This document shows positions 61,584-64,000 of a stretch of DNA of 64,000 bases, piece after piece. The DNA is taken from the NCBI GenBank assembly GCA_963695095.1, contig CAVOFT010000001.1, positions 608,001 to 672,000 of the forward strand, given 5' to 3'. The translations under genes and the position numbers were made by a program. Every line of letters starts with the position of its first letter. Position 1 is the stretch's first letter. The notes under the pieces are model-generated. The model worked only from the letters and a program-made list of their open reading frames with translations, was not told the origin of the DNA and made no database searches. Source of the stretch: an uncultured bacterium (lineage in GTDB: Bacteria > Krumholzibacteriota > Krumholzibacteriia > JACNKJ01).

Positions 61584-64000
61584 GTGCAGGATCCCAACGA
61601 GACGATGGACGGCCTGGAGCGGCTGGAGAGCGGCCTTCCCCGGCGGGAGCCCTCGCGGCGGGTGCGCCGGCTGCTCTGGCGCCTGCGCCAGTCGTGGATG
61701 GTCGTCTTCGGCGTGGCCACGCTCGCCCTGGCCGCGGCGGCCGTCTTCGGGCCGCGCGGGTTGCGCGTCGAGCTGGGCCTGATCGGGGTCCTCTCCCTGC
61801 TCATGCTGCTCTTCCTGGCCCGCGAGGAGCGGGCCGCCCGCGCCGGCATCACGCGCGAGCGCTACCTCTGGGCCCGCCTGCGCGACCTCAGCCAGATCTG
61901 CGAGGTCGTGCTCGGCGTGCGCTCCACGGACGACGTGCACCATCTCGTCGGCATGGGCCTGCAGGAGGCCATGCTCCTGCTGCGCGCCGAGTTCGGCGCC
62001 CTGCTGCTGCAGGACACCGATGGCGACGACTACCTCACCGTCATCGGCTTCGCCGACCGCAAGTACGACCACCGGCCCTGGCTGATCGAGGTGCAGGGAC
62101 TGCTGCGCAGCCAGCCCTTCAACGCCCCGGTCTTCGTGCCGAACACGGAGACGGATGCGCAGTTCAGCCGGGCGGCGATGGTGGCCAAGGCGGGCCTCGG
62201 CTCCCTGGCCGCCGTGCGCTTCGGCAGCGGCGGCGAGGCGGCGGGCCTGCTCGTCGTCGGCAATCCCGAGCCCTGCGAGTTCCGCCGCGGCGACGAGAAG
62301 ACCTTCGAGCTGACCGCGCGCGTGATGATGAGCACGCTGCGCCACGGCCGCAAGCTGGACGAGTTCGCCGAGCAGATCGCCGACCTCAAGCGCGAGGTCG
62401 ACGAGCTGACCTACGCCAGCCAGGCCAAGAGCGAGTTCGCCTCCGTGGCCAGCCACGAGCTGAAGACGCCGCTGACGGCGATCAAGGCCTCGGTGGACAC
62501 GCTGCTCGCCAACGCCCGCCGCGGCGACCACGAGGCGACCGAGGAGTTCCTGCTGGTCATCCGCGAAGAGGCGGACCGCCTGATCGACATGACCGGCAAG
62601 ATCCTCGAGATCTCCGCGCTCGACTACAGCAATCGCGTCATGGAGCGGCGGCCCGTGCGCCTGCGCCGCGTCGTGGACTCCTGCGCGCAGGCGATGGAGG
62701 TGCATCTCCAGGAGAAGGACATGCACCTGGCCATCGAGGTGCCGCTGGACCTGCCGCCCGTCTTCGCCGATCCGGGCATGGTGCGCCAGGTGCTGATCAA
62801 CCTGATCGGCAACGCCATCAAGTTCAGCACCAGCGGCCAGCCGATCAGGGTCTCGGCGCGGCGGCACGACGATGCGATCGAAGTGCTGGTCGTCGACGAG
62901 GGCAGCGGCATTCCGCTCGAGGAGCAGCCGCACATCTTCGACCGCTTCTACCAGGGCAGCCGCCAGGGCGACAACCACAGCCAGAGCACGGGCCTGGGCC
63001 TGGCGATCGTCAAGGAGATCGTCGAGCAGCACCAGGGCCACGTGCGCGTGGAGAGCGCTCCCGGCGCCGGCGCCACCTTCATCTTCGACCTGCCCATCGC
63101 CCGCGACGGCTTCGGCCTCGAGGGCACGCCGCTCGAGCTGAAGCAGAGCGGCGAGGTGGAGGAGTTCCTGCGCCTGGCCGTGGACTGGATCGGGCACGTC
63201 AGTCGCGCCGAGGACTCCCTGCTCTTCCTCGGCAGCAGCGAGGAGCTGCAGCTCTACTGGGCCACCGAGGAGTGCGAGAACCTGCTGCAGGCGGCCAAGT
63301 GCGCGACCCAGGCCATCGAGCTGGGCGCGGGCCTCATCGTCAACGAGGCGGACGCCAGCCTGGTGGCCGTGCCGCTCTACTTCCGCGACCACATCGTGGG
63401 CAGCTTCGTGGGCCGGCGGCGCACGCCGGCCTTCCGCCAGGAGGACCAGCTCCTCGTCGAGAGCATCGTGGACCGCATCGGCCGCGTGATCGGCGAGGCC
63501 GCCGGCCAGCACGACCCGGGCCGCCTGCTGCGCCGGGCGATGCGCGCCGTGCGCGATCTGCTGCAGAGCAGCCAGCGCCGCGTGCCGACCAAGGTGGATC
63601 CGAGCCTGCTGGCCTGGGAGCTGGCCGACCGCGCCGGCGCCGACAAGGAGCTGGCCCGCGACGTGCGCCTGGCCACGAACTTCCACGACGTCGCCATGGC
63701 CCAGATCGGCCTCGACATCGAAAAGCAGGAGCGGCCGCTCAGCCCGACCGAGCGCCAGAAGCTGCACGAGCACCCGCGGCATGCGGCCCGGCTGCTCGAG
63801 GACATCCAGGCCATGGAGGCCGTGAGCACGATCGTCCTCCACCATCACGAGTGGGTGAACGGCGAGGGCTACCCGGACGGGCTCAGCGGCGAGGCGATCC
63901 CCCTCGGCGCGCGCATCGTGGCCATCATCGACGCCTACTGCTCGATGACGGCCCCGCGCAAGTACAAGCCCGTCCACGTGCCCCTGGAGGCCGCGCGCGA
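61584..64000 (+). CDS. membrane sensor histidine kinase (2 TM, GAF-like, HisKA, HATPase) with C-terminal HD-GYP domain; truncated by the window edge
   Basis: Absent from the ORF track because there is no stop in the window. Same frame at every motif checked: ASHELKTPLT (~62450), NLIGNAIKF, DEGSGI, STGLGLAI, then FHDVA (63681), EHP, HHHEWVNGEGYPDGL, IPLGARIVAIIDAY. Confidence 0.9.
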   Translation, partial: MQDPNETMDGLERLESGLPRREPSRRVRRLLWRLRQSWMVVFGVATLALAAAAVFGPRGLRVELGLIGVLSLLMLLFLAREERAARAGITRERYLWARLRDLSQICEVVLGVRSTDDVHHLVGMGLQEAMLLLRAEFGALLLQDTDGDDYLTVIGFADRKYDHRPWLIEVQGLLRSQPFNAPVFVPNTETDAQFSRAAMVAKAGLGSLAAVRFGSGGEAAGLLVVGNPEPCEFRRGDEKTFELTARVMMSTLRHGRKLDEFAEQIADLKREVDELTYASQAKSEFASVASHELKTPLTAIKASVDTLLANARRGDHEATEEFLLVIREEADRLIDMTGKILEISALDYSNRVMERRPVRLRRVVDSCAQAMEVHLQEKDMHLAIEVPLDLPPVFADPGMVRQVLINLIGNAIKFSTSGQPIRVSARRHDDAIEVLVVDEGSGIPLEEQPHIFDRFYQGSRQGDNHSQSTGLGLAIVKEIVEQHQGHVRVESAPGAGATFIFDLPIARDGFGLEGTPLELKQSGEVEEFLRLAVDWIGHVSRAEDSLLFLGSSEELQLYWATEECENLLQAAKCATQAIELGAGLIVNEADASLVAVPLYFRDHIVGSFVGRRRTPAFRQEDQLLVESIVDRIGRVIGEAAGQHDPGRLLRRAMRAVRDLLQSSQRRVPTKVDPSLLAWELADRAGADKELARDVRLATNFHDVAMAQIGLDIEKQERPLSPTERQKLHEHPRHAARLLEDIQAMEAVSTIVLHHHEWVNGEGYPDGLSGEAIPLGARIVAIIDAYCSMTAPRKYKPVHVPLEAAR

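Noticed and set aside
60462..63977. Long antisense or alternate-frame ORFs (e.g. 60462..63977 -, 29686..33669 -, 29016..32033 +, 4471..6447 -)
   Set aside because: Shadow ORFs expected in high-GC DNA; they overlap well-supported genes and show no motifs

Overview
High-GC (about 70% by eye) bacterial chromosomal window, probably from an FCB-group lineage such as Krumholzibacteriota, Latescibacterota or Eisenbacteria. This is inferred from five secreted proteins carrying FlgD-Ig/T9SS-like C-terminal domains. Many conserved genes are broken by single-base indels in patches, which suggests an unpolished long-read assembly rather than real decay. Contents in order: (1) PA2779-like double-Gly/TM-tail protein next to a C39 peptidase-TPR-POTRA-beta-barrel gene; (2) 4-TMS holin-family protein; (3) DUF4159/DUF4175/TPR/'asnB-like' cluster; (4) 14-repeat FG-GAP protein; (5) lipoprotein hydrolase and a TPM pair; (6) TetR-ric-narC-narGHJI-narK-narK::DoxX nitrate respiration operon behind a perfect palindromic operator; (7) HTH/nucleotidyltransferase pair; (8) DtxR/MntR-regulated TroABCD-like metal ABC transporter; (9) tandem DNRLRE-type lipoproteins; (10) CTD-bearing multiheme cytochrome, PNGase F-like and peptidylarginine/agmatine deiminase-like proteins; (11) a candidate sRNA and a structured non-coding region with two covarying hairpin copies; (12) CPBP protease, SPFH, nnr, tsaD; (13) REC-GGDEF gene and a histidine kinase-HD-GYP hybrid running off the right edge. 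I saw no rRNA, tRNA, CRISPR array, integrase or transposase. Family assignments are by motif recognition only; no searches were run.
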